Origin: Trypanosoma brucei
Lineage: Eukaryota
Length of the DNA stretch: 64,000 nt
Reading direction: 5' to 3'
Assembly: GCA_000002445.1 (NCBI GenBank)
Contig: CP000068.1
Coordinates: 1,408,001-1,472,000 of the forward strand
Made by a program: the position numbers and the translations under genes. The notes beneath the pieces are model-generated. The model was given only the letters and a program-made list of their open reading frames with translations, made no database searches and was not told where the DNA came from. Positions 48,524 through 61,739 of this stretch are shown here, one piece after another. Numbering within the stretch: position 1 is the stretch's first letter; each line of letters begins with the position of its first letter.

Positions 48524-50050
48524 TTATAAAATTGAGAAAAATTCTAAATATTTTTCATTTGAAGTCAAAAATGCAGGCAAAAGAGGGACCTTATGAATGA
48601 CAAAAGAATTGCTTTCTGTGGTGTTTGTATTTTTGTCATCATTACCTTCTGTTTCTTGGTTTGCTTTTTCTAGTTGTGCTTTCACATCCTTTTTTAACTC
48701 ACACTTTTTGGTGTTTCTATCAAATATACAGCCTTTCTCCTTTAGAGTTTCACATTTTCCTTCGTCACCTGTCGCCTCATTGCATAGTTTCTCCTCTGGT
48801 GTCGGTTGGGCTGACGAACAGTTGCAAGCATCCGCGGCTGTAGGGATGTTTCTTTGAATGGCTTTGTTGATCGTGTAGTTTGTTTCTAGTTCAGTGAGTA
48901 AGGGTAGGTTACTGATCTCAGCAAGTTTCGTCCCCTTCGTAACCCCGTGGGAGTCCTCTGCTAGCGTCATTGTTTTCAGTTTATTCCAGAACATTGTTGT
49001 TGGATCTGGGTCTTTGCTGCCGTACAGTTTTTCCATTGCTTGCTCTTTTTCCTGTCCGCTGAAGGGTTTGCTGGCGCCAACGGCTGCTGCAAGCGTGGCG
49101 TCAAAGTTGGCAAGGTTTTTCAGGGCATTTTTGTCGGGAAGCTCGATGGTGTTTATTACAAGTGCCGGCTGTGACAATTTGTTGAATGATTTTTCGGCAT
49201 GCCTTTTCTTAGAATCGCCTTCTGGCCCTGCTAGGCTGCTGAGGTCCGTGAGTTGGGCGTCCGTGCTGCTTAGACTGATGAGCCCCATAGCTACGTGTTT
49301 GTTGGCGCCGTAGGTTGCGCTTTCTACCGGGCCGTTGTTGTTGCCGCCGCCGTGTATTTTGCAGCCTTTTGCGTTGGTCGACCATAGGTTGTTTTTGTCT
49401 GTTTTGCGTTTGTACCCCCCTGGTCGATGCGCACTTTTGTCTTGCCATCCTGTTGTGTGTCCGAGGTCGGTCGCTTTGCAATTTGCTACCTGCGCCGCGA
49501 GTTGGTCGCTTGTGTATAAAGTCCCTGCGTTTTCGTCATCTGCAAAACAACCGTTGGTGTTGGCGTTTGTTGCTTGTCCCGCTATATTCAGATACTCGTA
49601 GAGGCCGCGGAGCAAGTAGTTGCTCCGCCTTATAGCTTCTATTGCCAACATTGCGGTTGCTTTAGTAAACTTGGCTGCTTCCTCTGCTGCTGTTCTGTGC
49701 AGGGCGGCGCTGATTGCTTGTAGTTGTAGTGCCTCTTGGGCGGTCGAAGCTGCTGCTATTAGTATCCGTACCTTGGCCAAGACGGCTTGGTTCGCCGATA
49801 GCTTGTCTGCTGCCGCCGTTAGGCCATCGGCGTGAACCTGCTCCTTGGCCCTGACTTCTGCCGCAATATCGCAAACCTGCTCCAAGCCATTCTTTGTGAG
49901 TGCTTTGTCGTTGGCTGCTTTTACCTTCGTCCGGTTCGCTGTACCGCAAAGGAGCAGTATTAGCGCTATCCAGTGGTGCATATGTGTTGTGCCGAAAAAG
50001 TAAGCTTTTGATCCACTTGAATGTGCGTGTCTCTGCACCAGTAGTGGCAC
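48524..50050 (-). CDS. VSG: Variant surface glycoprotein (VSG) ORF 508 aa with stop-codon loss and 12-aa C-terminal extension
   Basis: Probable start MHHWIALILLLCGTANRTKV (signal peptide). N- and C-domains. Tail ...NTNTTESNSFVIHKVPLLPAFL then TSNEKYLEFFSIL. The canonical TTTTAA stop context is changed to ttcaaa. Confidence 0.8.
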   Translation of the reverse strand: MPLLVQRHAHSSGSKAYFFGTTHMHHWIALILLLCGTANRTKVKAANDKALTKNGLEQVCDIAAEVRAKEQVHADGLTAAADKLSANQAVLAKVRILIAAASTAQEALQLQAISAALHRTAAEEAAKFTKATAMLAIEAIRRSNYLLRGLYEYLNIAGQATNANTNGCFADDENAGTLYTSDQLAAQVANCKATDLGHTTGWQDKSAHRPGGYKRKTDKNNLWSTNAKGCKIHGGGNNNGPVESATYGANKHVAMGLISLSSTDAQLTDLSSLAGPEGDSKKRHAEKSFNKLSQPALVINTIELPDKNALKNLANFDATLAAAVGASKPFSGQEKEQAMEKLYGSKDPDPTTMFWNKLKTMTLAEDSHGVTKGTKLAEISNLPLLTELETNYTINKAIQRNIPTAADACNCSSAQPTPEEKLCNEATGDEGKCETLKEKGCIFDRNTKKCELKKDVKAQLEKANQETEGNDDKNTNTTESNSFVIHKVPLLPAFLTSNEKYLEFFSIL

Positions 50051-51544
50051 TGGCTGTGGTTTATGTGACCCTTCCTATCGCTGTGGAATTCACTGAGATA
50101 TTTGCGGCGGTATTATTCCTGTAGCTTAGCTCTGTTGAGGTGGTGGTGGTTTTTTGGCCTTGATTTCCTGCGTTTCACTTTGTCTGTGTTTGGTCTGTGG
50201 CGTGTATATTGTCGTAGGCACCCAGCCTTTTGTAGATTCAGTGCCTACAGATCGGCGTAGTTGTGCAGTAAATGGGTGTGAAGTGGTGCTGTTTTACTAG
50301 AGAGTTGTGCTGTATTACCCACAAACATAAAATGAGAAGTGCTACAAGCTGCCCGTCAGTTTGCTTCTGCGAAACCTGGAAATATCCGTTTACAAAATTC
50401 TCGGCCATCCTGACTCCTCACCTACCAAATACCCATCTGATTTCCCACCAGATCAACCTTCTATTTCTATAAAACAGTGAGAAACTCCATATATATAAAG
50501 TATCTTTCATTTATTGTTTTAATGGATCCTATTTTGTTCTTATTTTCATGCACCACTTTCCGGTGGAATGATAATGAACAGCTGTGGTTTTCATGAGAAC
50601 ATAACGGCTTTCGTACCCGCTCTATATATTGGAGGACTTGACCTGCAGTTCCGATTAAGCAGTGGCCATTTGTGGTTTGTCTGCAATTTATTTAGCTGCT
50701 GATATTTCTTTATTCCCTCCATTAAACTAGGATCTTCTTTATTCCTAATATTGAGCGCTGGATAATTGAATGCGGATAATGTTTAGCTTCTCTAAGGTAT
50801 CTAATAAGAGTTATCTTCCAAGTTATTTTTTGTATCTCATAACTGTCCTTTAACAATTCATATATGTACTATTTTCTGCAATTTCCGCTGGTTTCCTCTT
50901 CTTTTCCTTTCCACAGTAATCTATTAGTAATCATAGTTTTAAATTTTTTTATACATAATATTATAATGTTTCCCACAAGTGTTAGCCATTATTACTATAT
51001 ATGAAGAACAGAAGAATTTGACAATACATCACACTCACCCAATCCGTACGACCTCTTTCTTCTTCACCTCTGAACATTAGGATCCTCCATCAGATTAAAA
51101 ACCACAGCCACAAAAATAATCTACGCTGTGCTATCTATCTATTTTTAAATAAAACACTAGGCATCATTGACTCATACTTCTTTTTTAATGATATATTATT
51201 TCACATTCTGTTGTTTCATCTTACATTTTCTTTCCCTCTTCTCCAACAACTTTTATAATCCATACGGGTTACATACGGACTCTATTACGCATCTGCACTT
51301 GACTACGGCTCACCCTTAGTGTTTTTCATTACATTATAGTTTATAAAGATTATCAGCTTCATATTTGTGGACGAAACTGTGCATATTTTATTTTCCTCCA
51401 TGTATTTCTTTTTTTGCGTTGCTTACTAATAATATTACTCGCGCTTTCGCCTTCCAACTTCCTTACTCACCTACTCCAACTGCACTAGCGCCAGTATCTT
51501 AGGCACTTCTATCTTTCGTTGTCTGTTTTGTCTTCAGAAGAAAT

Positions 51545-51625
51545 CTTAACATAATATTAGTATACACAAACTCACAACACTCTCCTATAATCATCATTAT
51601 TGTCATTATATCTATTATTTTAATT
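51545..51625. repeat. 70-bp repeat unit
   Basis: cataatattagtatacacaaactcacaacactctcctataatcatcattattgtc. Confidence 0.8.
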
Positions 51626-51778
51626 ACTAATATCCATGAAATAAACAAAATCATCAATAAAGAAAATTGGAATATCACTTATTTTTTATACCCTGTCACC
51701 CTGTTGCTTTTCTACTTTGCACCCATAGGCCACCATCATACAAAAATTCGTATTTTAAAAATTTACACTTTTCCAAAA

Positions 51779-51794
51779 GTGTCAAAACATATCA
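51779..51794 (-). promoter_or_regulatory. VSG 3'UTR 16-mer (2 mismatches)
   Basis: gtgtcaaaacatatca. Confidence 0.6.
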
Positions 51795-51875
51795 AAGTGT
51801 AGCAAATTTATAAAGTTCTCTCAAAATAGAAAATTTTCATAATTTTCATATAATTGAGCAAAAACACTTAAAATA

Positions 51876-53397
51876 CTAAAATGCCATCAAAATCATAGAG
51901 GCAGCAGCAATCAGATCAGATTTCTTTTTGACGTCAAAACTGACATCTTTGCAAGCATTATTCTCCCATTTGCATCCAGTAGCCTCTCCACAATCTTTCT
52001 CTAGTTTCTCTTTACATTTCTCCGTTGTTACTGTGGCTCCATCGCCTTCTTGTTTTTCCTGCTCTGCAACCTGCATTTCGCTTGGTTTGCACAATCTGTC
52101 TACCTCAGTTTTACCTTTCCATTTGCATTCTGCGGACCTGCACGTGGAATTGGTACGGAGTTTCTCACATTGTGCTTTGACCTCTATTTTTGTTTGTTTA
52201 GTCGGCGTTGCCGCTTTGCTAAACGCCACTGCCAAAATTCTGGCGCGGATTATCGCCTGCTCGGCTTCTTCTGCTTTTTCGTCCAGTGCTTTGTTGATCT
52301 TTGTGGCTGCCTGTTCGGTTTCGTCCGAAGAAACCAGGTTTGCTGCGAGTGATTCGAACGCCGTTAGCCACGTCAGCTTCTTTGTGCGTTGCCATCTGTC
52401 GCTAGGCCTGTGAATTTTATGCACATGCCCTGTTCTGATGACCCCGAGCAGCCGGTTGGTCGAAACGTACCTAGGTAGCCATGTGTGCCGTCTGTGTGAA
52501 TTAGAGCCTTGATTGTTTTAATCGCAGCTTCAAGTTCTGCCGCCGTTACGGGTGTCTTTGCGCGCTGCGCCGCAGCTTTCGGCTAGTGTTTCGTAGTCTT
52601 ATTTTTGCGGTGGAGTTGTTCCGGAATTCCCTGCGTTATCCGGTTCTGCCTTTTCCGTGCACGCGCCGTCTATTACCTTGTTGGTTTGGCCCTCTGAGCA
52701 CAGACAAGCCAGTACTGCGATCGCTGAAGCCGGGTGTGCGCCGGTTCCTGTTGCTGTACAAGCGGCTGCCCTTGTCCCTGATACCGTTTGTCCGAAAGGA
52801 ACCGTTGCGGGGATGTTGGCTAGGGTTGCTGAGGATGACCCAAGAGTTGCCGTCGTTATGATTTTGTCCGGTGGATTCGTGGTTGGCGCTGCGGTGGAAG
52901 GAGGTAAAGTCGGGTATTGGCCTAGTATTTCCTCTGCTGACCTTGCTATTTGTGATACTTCGGCCGCCGCCAGCTACTTTTCTATTTCTGAGAGTTCCGG
53001 TGTGGTGGCTTTTTTGACCTTCTGGTTGCCTGCCTCTTTTTTTAGTGCCTCGGCTGCGAGTGCCCAGTCAGCCCAAAACTCTGATTCACCTACCTCTTTT
53101 AGCTCGGAAGCTAAAAGCGTTTTCTTGCACTGTTTTGCGGTCTGGTTCCTTGTAGAATTTGGCTTGCCAGTAAGCTAGTGAAAGAGTGAAGTTCAGTTGC
53201 TGTATGTAATTATATACTGCCGTTTTGGGTGGGGTTATTGGCGTGACTGAGACGGGCCTTTTTGTTAGCCTTATGAAAGCACACAAGACTGCATATTCTG
53301 CTCTGTTTTCGCCATACACCATGTTGCCACTGGTTGCCAGTTTTGGTCCGATAATAAGAAGTAGCGCTAATGCTAGACGGTGCATGGCCGCATACAT
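51876..53397 (-). pseudogene. VSG: VSG pseudogene (B-type N-domain, frameshifted)
   Basis: N-terminus 53086-53397 MHRLALALLLIIGPKLATSG...QQLNFTLSLAYWQAKF (cf. ALNMTLSSQEWQAKF in VSG 12090-13716). C-domain with tail 51876-52424 (...CKDVSFDVKKKSDLIAAASMILMAF). The middle part is out of frame. Confidence 0.75.
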
Positions 53398-54279
53398 GGA
53401 TTTACTGGTGTGGTGATCTTGGAAAGTGGAAAGCAGGGCTGAGGCATAAGATAAAAATAGACAAAGTCACACATGTAGCGTGGCGATATAAAGTATTTCT
53501 ATTGATGTGTACCTTATACTGAATTAGAAAGGGAAAGTTTCATATAGAATGGCGTTGAAAAAATGCTTCTTTTCCCCTCTTCTGTAATGTAGTTTAACAG
53601 TTCGGACAGAATGTACCGTACTTGTTCGAATGGCGCTGATTTTTTCTTTTAATGGCTTATTGACAGTGCGTAACCTGAGAATCATCCATGCAAGGCCGCA
53701 CAGCTCCTTTTTCGTTCCGTCTTCCGGCTGGGCAGTCATCATAACTTTGCTACCATAAACACTTCTCCTTCTTTTAACGCATCACGACAAATATTTAAAT
53801 ATTCAAAATAAAATTTATCCTCATCTATCACATAAGTTTTAAGTTTTTCAAAATATGTTGTAATTTCCTTCTCTCCACTTCTCTATACCAAGTAATAATT
53901 TTCACAAGCAGTTTCGCTTTTTTCTTTCATGCAACAAGCTCCCAAAGAAAATGAATGAATGGAGTCTCTCTAACTTCACTGTTATATAAAAAGAAAAGAA
54001 AGGCTCCCCATAATCTAATCCAATCATTCCTCTCCTCAAAAAAAATCGCTCTCCAACAGCTTCTTCCTGAACTGCACTCCATATTAGTAGAGGTTTGTGA
54101 ATACTCTGCTCTGACCACCACTCCCCACTTCCCTTTAGTAATTCTCAAAAACTATAATCAAATATCTTAAAAGCCCATACTCTGGCTATTAAACCACCAC
54201 CACTAAGATAAGATTTTCCACTAGGAGGTGATTTTAGAAAATGAGTTAACTTTTTATCCTCTTCTTTTCTGTAACCTAC

Positions 54280-54720
54280 ATTAAAAAATCAATAACATCT
54301 ATCTGTAAATGCTCTTTGTGATCTGAGTTCATAAGCAAATCCAACTGAGGAGCATAACATTCTGATATTGTCATGAATATAATAGGGGAAATTTTCTTCT
54401 CTTTTACTATATCTTCTCCACTAAACTTCTCTTTGCTTTCTGCAGTATTTTGTATAAAATATTCCACAGCAGTTTCATATTTATCTCTATCAGAAGCAAT
54501 AGCATCAGAACCATCTACAGTTATAACAATGTCCTTATCACTTGCATTCTGCTTTTCTAAAAATTACATAACCCATCTAATTCTTCTAAGATGGATATAC
54601 AAATCTTTCATTACAATTGTAATAAATTCAACATGGCTTAGTTTACCTTTCAAAATGAGCCTACACTATTCTTGAGTTGCATGAGTTTGAACTACAACCA
54701 CAAAGACTTTAGGATTTCTA
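54280..54720 (-). pseudogene. Degenerate paralogue of the 14695-15135 GT-A-like gene
   Basis: ~80% nucleotide identity to 14740-15010 and to the 14100-14690 flank. Disrupted by stops (ORF fragment 54276-54467). Confidence 0.6.
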
Positions 54721-55124
54721 GTAAAATTCTCCGTCATATCTGCGTTGTTATTTGTTTCGTCATTAAGAAGAGATAGTGAGTCTAAACACACTGAATGCAA
54801 CTGTAATGGTAAAGTTCTCGAGATAAGAAACTTAATGTCACAATTTAACCTAAAAGATTCAAGTGGGTTATAAAAAATTTAATAAAACCTTAAGAAAGGA
54901 AACAAGTTGTGACACTACTGTTCTTTGATAAGTAAATTGTGTTTACATAAATAAGTAATTCCTCGTTTTTTATGACATATCTGTCTGTGTGTGTATATTC
55001 TGTGTCTTCAGCTTGTAGTTTGGAACTTATCTACAGCAGCTATAAAAGTCAGTTACACTCAATGCGCCATTTCCATTGTTATAAGTGCTTCTGTTTTGAA
55101 AAACAGTTTGATTCATACCATCTC

Positions 55125-55200
55125 TTTTATTATAATATTCTTATATATACACTCAAGACACTTTCCTATTATTATTATTTATTATTATTGCTATTATAAC
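55125..55200. repeat. 70-bp repeat unit
   Basis: cttttattataatattcttatatatacactcaagacactttcctattattattatttatt. Confidence 0.8.
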
Positions 55201-55364
55201 CCTACCTAATATGCATAAAATAATTTAAATAAACTAAATTAGAAAATTCAAATATTACGCATTTCTCATACCATATTACTCTGCTACTTTGCATCCATAG
55301 GCTAATTTCATACCAAAAATACTAAAATTCATTATCTTGATAATTTTTAAGGTTTAATCAAAAA

Positions 55365-55380
55365 GAGTTAAAACATATCA
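55365..55380 (-). promoter_or_regulatory. VSG 3'UTR 16-mer (3 mismatches)
   Basis: gagttaaaacatatca. Confidence 0.55.
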
Positions 55381-55470
55381 AATTTTATGAAGTTTATAAA
55401 ATTCTTTCAAATATAAAAGTTTCATAAGTTCCTCAAGATTTATAAAAAAACATTTATGAATTTCTAATTT

Positions 55471-56860
55471 CTAAAACTCTACCATACTTACAAAAGCAAC
55501 AGCCATACTTAGAGCCAATTGTTTATTTCCAAGAAAAGTGGAAGAGTGGAAACCAGGAGTTACTGGGCCAGTGCCTTCGACATAGGTAATCCATCCACAA
55601 AAGGCTTTCTTCCCTTGGAGAATCGGGCCAGTTATTTTGGCGCAATCCTCAGGGGTCTGTGTGGCAGAGCACTTATCTGTTGCTCCTGCGGCTCCATCTC
55701 CTGTACCTTGGGTTTTCTGTTCTTGTCCATCTTTAGGTTTGCATAAATCCCCTTCGGTCTTTTTTTGCCATTCCATTTGCATTTATTGCTTGCTGCACAG
55801 GTCGGGTTTGTTTTTTGGGTTAAGCAGACTGAACCTGGTGTTCGCTTGGTTTCGGTTGGCGTCTCTACATTCTTCATTTCTGTTGGTATTGGGGTGTATA
55901 GTAAGGCCGCTGCTGTTGTGTTTATTAGTTTGATCTTTGCTGCTACCATATCAAGCTTGTTTGCTGCTTTCTTCTGGGAGTCGAACGCGGCTGCTGCGGC
56001 CTTGAGGGCTTATTTCCATTTTAACGTTGCATCTTCGCCTGTGATTTGTTCCTTGCTGAATTTAGCGCACCGTCCTGCGTTACCGTCCATGCGTCTTCGT
56101 TTGGCGAACTCTGGCAATCCAGGCAGCAACCAAGGCCTGCGTTTGCGTCGGTATTCGCGCCCGCACAAAGGCAAAGTAGTGTCCCGTACAGACTGTCGGT
56201 CGCACCTTCGCCTGGGGTGTTGGCACCGGCCGAACCCTTGCCGCAGAATGTCTGCCTGTCGCTGCCGCTCTTGATCTGCCCGGTTTGGCCGGCCTTGCCG
56301 TAAAGCGCCTCTGTTTGCTTTCGTTTTATGGCTTCCCCTTTTAGCTCTACCAGGTTGCCGCTGGCGCTGGCCTGAAGAGCCAGGGCTTCTTCTAGGAGGT
56401 ATTTTACCTGTTGTTTTAAATTTTCATTGCGTCTGTGCTTTTCCCAGTCGCCGAGAGCTTTTCTTTCTGGGTCTGTTGCCGGTAGGTTTGCTACGCGTTT
56501 CCATTGCTCCCAGTGGTCTGCGTAGTACTTTGTTTCTCCTTGATGCTGGTCGCGGATGGTATCCCAGGGCTTTTCTTTGTTTTTTTCAACAGTTGTCCGA
56601 ATGTTGTCATCGAGGAGTGTAAAGTTCATGGCAGTGAGGGTCTTGATAATCTGGTTTATTTCCGGCGGCGCCTCCAAATCTTTTGCTGCCGCTTTGGCGA
56701 ACTGAATTAAGCTGCAGACTGCAGCGAAGTCCGCTGCGTTTTCCCCTTTGGTTACTGCCGCGTCAGCAGTTAAAACTTTTTCGTATAACACTGCTATTAA
56801 AACGCAACAGAAAACACTTAAACCCATGCCGCGTCTTATTGAAAGTCGATCTAGTGGCAA
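55471..56860 (-). pseudogene. VSG: VSG pseudogene (B-type N-domain, frameshifted)
   Basis: N-domain 56021-56860 (MGLSVFCCVLIAVLY...TAMNFTLLDD). C-terminal fragments 55632-55949 and 55471-55782 (...LALSMAVAFVSMVEF). Confidence 0.75.
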
Positions 56861-57350
56861 GTGTTTCTCTAAAAAATGGTGTCGAAGGATTCAACGGGTG
56901 TTGCTGTGATGCCTGCCCTGTTGGAAATATCGATGACGTTAACAATTACCGCCACGTTGGCTGTACAATTGAAAGGCTTAAAAAATTATTGTGAATATCG
57001 CAGTCTTCAAACAAACAGTCTCTCTCGTTTCACTATTGGTACAAACAAAAATAAATCACATTTCTCAAGCACAACTGCGAAAAAAATACTAAAATAAAAG
57101 TTATTTTTTAAACTCTCATAAAATACCAAATTATGGTGTTTCTGAATGATTTCTTATAAATGGGGATAAATGAAAAACTAATTATAAAATTTGAATTTTC
57201 ACTCTGAATAATAGAGTGTCTCCTATGATCAGCTTGCGTAAAGTTTCATTTCAACATAGAAACACATGGAAGTTGTGAAAATTATGAAAAAAGTTCGATA
57301 TAAACTTTGTTTTTCAAAAGGTTCAACTTTTAATTCTAAGTTTCTTTAAT

Positions 57351-57378
57351 ATATATATATATATATATATATATGGAT
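57351..57378. repeat. (TA)14 dinucleotide microsatellite
   Basis: atatatatatatatatatatatatatat. Confidence 0.95.
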
Positions 57379-58699
57379 AGATTTTTGTATCTATTTCCGC
57401 TTTTAAAAACTATTGTTCATTCCTTATTGAGAATAACGTACACTTTTCTATAACAGACAATCTAAATCTTATGTTTTGTTCTTATTCATATTTGGCGGAA
57501 ATTTTCTACTACATGCTTGCACAATAAATATGTCACATTGCTGTTCTTCACTGACGCAATTTCTCGCCTTCTTCTGGAGGGCGTCATCTCTATTTTTATG
57601 CCGCTTGTGCTTTTACCTTGGCAATTTTTGTTCTAACCTCAATCTCTATCTGGTATGGTTAACCTTTATTTGTTCAGAAAAGTTTGCTTGGCTCTTATAT
57701 TTATATTAAGTCCCCGTAGCTTGTAAGCATTTTACGTCCTCAGCCATATTCTAATATGAAGCCAGCGGAGGCCCACTCGAACATCTTTTCAGCTTATATA
57801 AAGTCTCTCTAACGAATTGTATATGTGCTATTTCAATTAGTTTCCGGTTTTTTTATTACTTTTATGTATACAGTTATCCATTGTTGTCCCCGTTTATGAT
57901 GTTCTTTTCCAGATAATATTGTTGCAACAAGTGTTGGCGCTTATTACTATATCTAACAAAAACAAAAGACTTAAACACCACCTCACACTTATCAAACCCC
58001 TTTTTTCTCGTACTCCTGCTCCTTTTTTGCAGTTGAACATTATAATATGTTATCAGATTAAAATTACAGTTACAATCATTGAGGAGGCATCATCCATGCA
58101 TTTTCGAGTGAAATATAGCAAAACATGTCAACCAATTCCTAAAGTATTATCATTTTTGTCATGTGTACTTGCATATATTTTTGATTGATTACATTTTTTA
58201 GTTACGTCTTTTCGTGCACTATTGCCGCTGGTGCAGATAACATAGCAAATTGATTTGTCATGTACACTGGACTATGTCTCACCCTCATTGGCCCCTCCCA
58301 TCATATCATTGTAAATAAAACTGTGCGTATTTTATCTTATTAATTTTTTTGGGTTTGTGAATTTTTTTAAATATTCTCCGTGCACTCGCATTCCCATTTA
58401 CTAAATTTATCTTGGTGAACCTCTGCGTTTAATCAAGTGCCTCTATTGTTTCAGTATATTTGGTATTCACACACCAAATTCTTATAATGATACTACAACT
58501 ATAACCCTAAATCACTAATAAAATGCATAAAATAATCAAGAATAACCAAATTACAATATCACTAACTTTTTATGCTATATCACCATGCTGCTTTATATGC
58601 GGCATTCATATGAAAGTTACATATTTTTTTAATTTTCACAAATTTCATAGAATTGAGCAACAATCCTTAGGATGCTAAAATGATAAAATGCTACCAAGC

Positions 58700-60215
58700 T
58701 CCGAAATCTTAAGAAATTCAAGAAAATTTCTTATTTACGAGGAAACTGGACTATTTGCGAGGTTCGCTCTCCCACTTACATTCCGGATATTTACAGTCTT
58801 TTTGCTCTTTTCCTTCGCACTTGGAGTCATTTTTCCAATCATTTCCTACTGTTTTGTCTGCTTCTTTTTGTGCTTTTCCCCTTTCTCTCTCAGTACACAT
58901 TTTGGTCTATCTTTTATGTTGGCATCGTATTTGCAGTTTTTGTCATCATTGCACTTTTCGGCGTCTGTTTTTTCGTTGCAAGTTTTCTCTATTGATTTTA
59001 CTTCTTTTTTGCCATTTTTATGTTCATGGCTTTCACTTTTAGTTTGTTGTTTTCAGCTTGTTGCAAGAAAATTTGGGATTTATATGCGTTGATTTTGTAA
59101 CTGAGATATTGAATCAGTTTCTTCGGTGTGTTAAGTTCAGCCACAGTGTCGGCCTCAGATTTTTCTGCCTGTTGTTTATCTATTGGTGTATTTTGTATAG
59201 TGATCCACAACTTTTTTAGGTTGGGGCCAGCATCTCCTGCCATTCTTTTGAATGTCCCTTCCGCCTTCTGGTCCGCCGGGTCGTCATTCTTCGCAAGCCT
59301 GCTTTGCACTGCCAGCTCCGCTTTTATTGGCTTTATCAGGCTTTCGGTCGCTATGGTGTTGATGAGGTCCTATTGCGTTTCCTCAGCCTGTGCCGGTTGT
59401 CTGTTTTCTAGATTGTTGAGCAAATGATGGGCTAAGTTGATTATCTTTTTGTTGCCGATCGGTTTTGTCTGTGGCGTCTTCCCGACGCCGTGGACTAGTA
59501 GTGCCGCATTGCCGTCTGCTGTGAATTTTAATATAACGGCCATGGTTTTTTGTTTGTCTGGATTGAATTTGTGTTACCGGTGTTCCTGGCTGCGGTGGGT
59601 ACACATTTGTTGTCTTCTGTGTTTGTTGCTGCTAGGTTTGGTCGTACGCGCGTCAGCTCTGAAAACCATGCAGGTATTATTTTTGTGTTGCTGATTTTGG
59701 TTACCGCTGCCGTCAGCGGTGACAGTTTGACTGTGCATCGACTTAGGATCGCGTCATCTGCTGCTGTGCTGGCTGCTGTTTGAGTGTTTAGGCACCGGCC
59801 ACTGCTTGACTGTGCGTCCAGAAGGCTTTTCAGAGTTTGCTCGATGTGGCCGGGACGGGTCGACGCTACCGCCGCCGCTTCAATATTTTGGAGTGTGTCA
59901 CTTACCACCCCGTTTAGGCTTGCTGTGAGGCCGCTTATCGCTGTGGAAGTTACAACACTGAGTGCAAGGGTTGCATTGGTGTCGCCTACTGTTGCTGCTC
60001 TTGAAAGCGGTGCTATTGCCAACGTAAGCGATGTTTGACCTTTTTTGGTTTCTTGTAGTGCGATCCAGGTTACTCTACTTGGCGCTTTCGCTGGGTTCGC
60101 TGTAAAGGTACAGGCCTTTGTCTACGCTGCATAGCCGCTGGGGTTGCTGCCTCCGTCTGTTAGTTTTGTCAGTGGGCTGAGCAACGTTACAGCAACCGCT
60201 AAGCGTACAGATTCT
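58700..60215 (-). pseudogene. VSG: Highly degenerate VSG pseudogene
   Basis: Signal-peptide-like start MAIQIESVRLAVAVTLLSPLTKLT at ~60213. Fragments 59528-60022 and 58998-59309. Minus-strand C-terminal signature ...SGRANLANSPVSS*IRNFL at ~58700-58800. Confidence 0.55.
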
Positions 60216-61054
60216 ATTTGAATAGCCGTTTTTGAATGTTCTAGTATGCCTATCTCTAATATTCCCTCCCTCTTTTTTCTTCCTTTACTTTCGCGATGCT
60301 ATTTTCTTTTATTGCCATTTTTCAGCTTGAAAAAGGCTACGGATTTGGTTCTGTGCCGTCTTTCCTGCGACTACAGTTTTTCCTGTCTCGATTCTTGCTC
60401 TAGCGTCCTGTTTTTTAGCTGGTGGCGAAGGACACTTCGCTACTGTTCGCTGTAGTTAGGTTAGCAATCGTATTTTCTAGTTTTTGGCACAAATGTAATG
60501 CATATTTGGCCATTATCTATTAAACCTTCTCTGCATTATTGCCACCGTTGCAATAATACCCCAAATTTAACCTTCGAATCCTCAGCGTTTTCTAAGTTTA
60601 ATATTTAACATTAAAGTACCCCATTATATAAAAAATCAGAGTCACTACCATCATCTCCTCTGTATCATCTATCCATTGTTGTGTAAAAATGGCACATCAT
60701 TGTTTGCTCCTGATGTATCATTGTTCGCTGGGCTTCCACCTAGTCTGTCATTTCGTTGAAAAGTTTCATCTTTCCTTTTTCCTCTGGTATCGCCGCTTCT
60801 ATATATAACGAATACATTTGGCTTGTAAACCGTGCTCTCTTTCTCTCTTTCTACACCTTATTATTCTCTCCATCATCTACTTGTGATTGAAGCTGAGCAT
60901 ATTACACGTCCCTGCTGTTCCGCTTTTCCTCTAGCAATACTCCTTTTGATAAATTCTTCTTACCAGCTGGCCCACCCACTAACTCACTCTCATTGCAACC
61001 GTTACTTTTGTTTAACTGCTTCTATTGTGGTTGTCCATTGAGTTCTCATTACTA

Positions 61055-61135
61055 ACCTTATTATAATATTTGTATACACACACGCACTACAGACTCTAGT
61101 ATCATTAGCATTACTATTATAATATCACCTAAATA
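61055..61135. repeat. 70-bp repeat unit
   Basis: cttattataatatttgtatacacacacgcactacagactctagtatcattagcattactattataata. Confidence 0.8.
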
Positions 61136-61346
61136 TTTATAAAATATTTAAAATAAGAGGATAAATTGAAATTAGAATAGCATTCGTTTTTAATGCACTA
61201 TCACCTCGCTACTTTGCATACACATTCCAGTACGATACAAAAAATTTCACTAACCTTCACAATTTAGTTAAGAAATGTTAAAATATAGAAAGTTCTTGTA
61301 AATTATAAAAATAATTAAAATAGCAAATTCATAAAAGGAGCAGCCA

Positions 61347-61598
61347 TCAGGGCCATTTTTTTCCTAGTAGAAAACTACTATTTCGACACTTCTCCGTATT
61401 CCTGTCGTCTTCACCATCTTTACCCTTCCGCCATGCACAATTTCGTTTACCGTCTGTTTTGTCATTCTTAGAAGCGGCTTTATATATATGCGTTGCAAAT
61501 CCAGCTGCAGCTGCTCCCTCTTTTGGTATCAGTCCTGTTCCTGCTGCTGTGGTTTCTACTCCTGCTTTAGGTTTGTACTCTTTTTTTGTTGTCATCAT
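61347..61598 (-). pseudogene. VSG: VSG C-terminal-domain fragment
   Basis: ...DGKRNCAWRKGKDGEDDRNTEKCRNSSFLLGKKWP is similar to the C-domain of VSG 12140-12454 (NCAWRKGKDNENEPEKQ). No N-domain is present. Confidence 0.6.
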
Positions 61599-61739
61599 AG
61601 TTGCAGCCGGAAGCTGCGCATCCTTCTGTGGTCTTGCTCGTGACAGCTTTGAATTTATTCTGTTCCTCTTCTGTTATCTTCTAAAGAGATCCCTTTCGTT
61701 AGTCGTAGGGATGAAACTCGAAACCGCAAGATGGGCGTT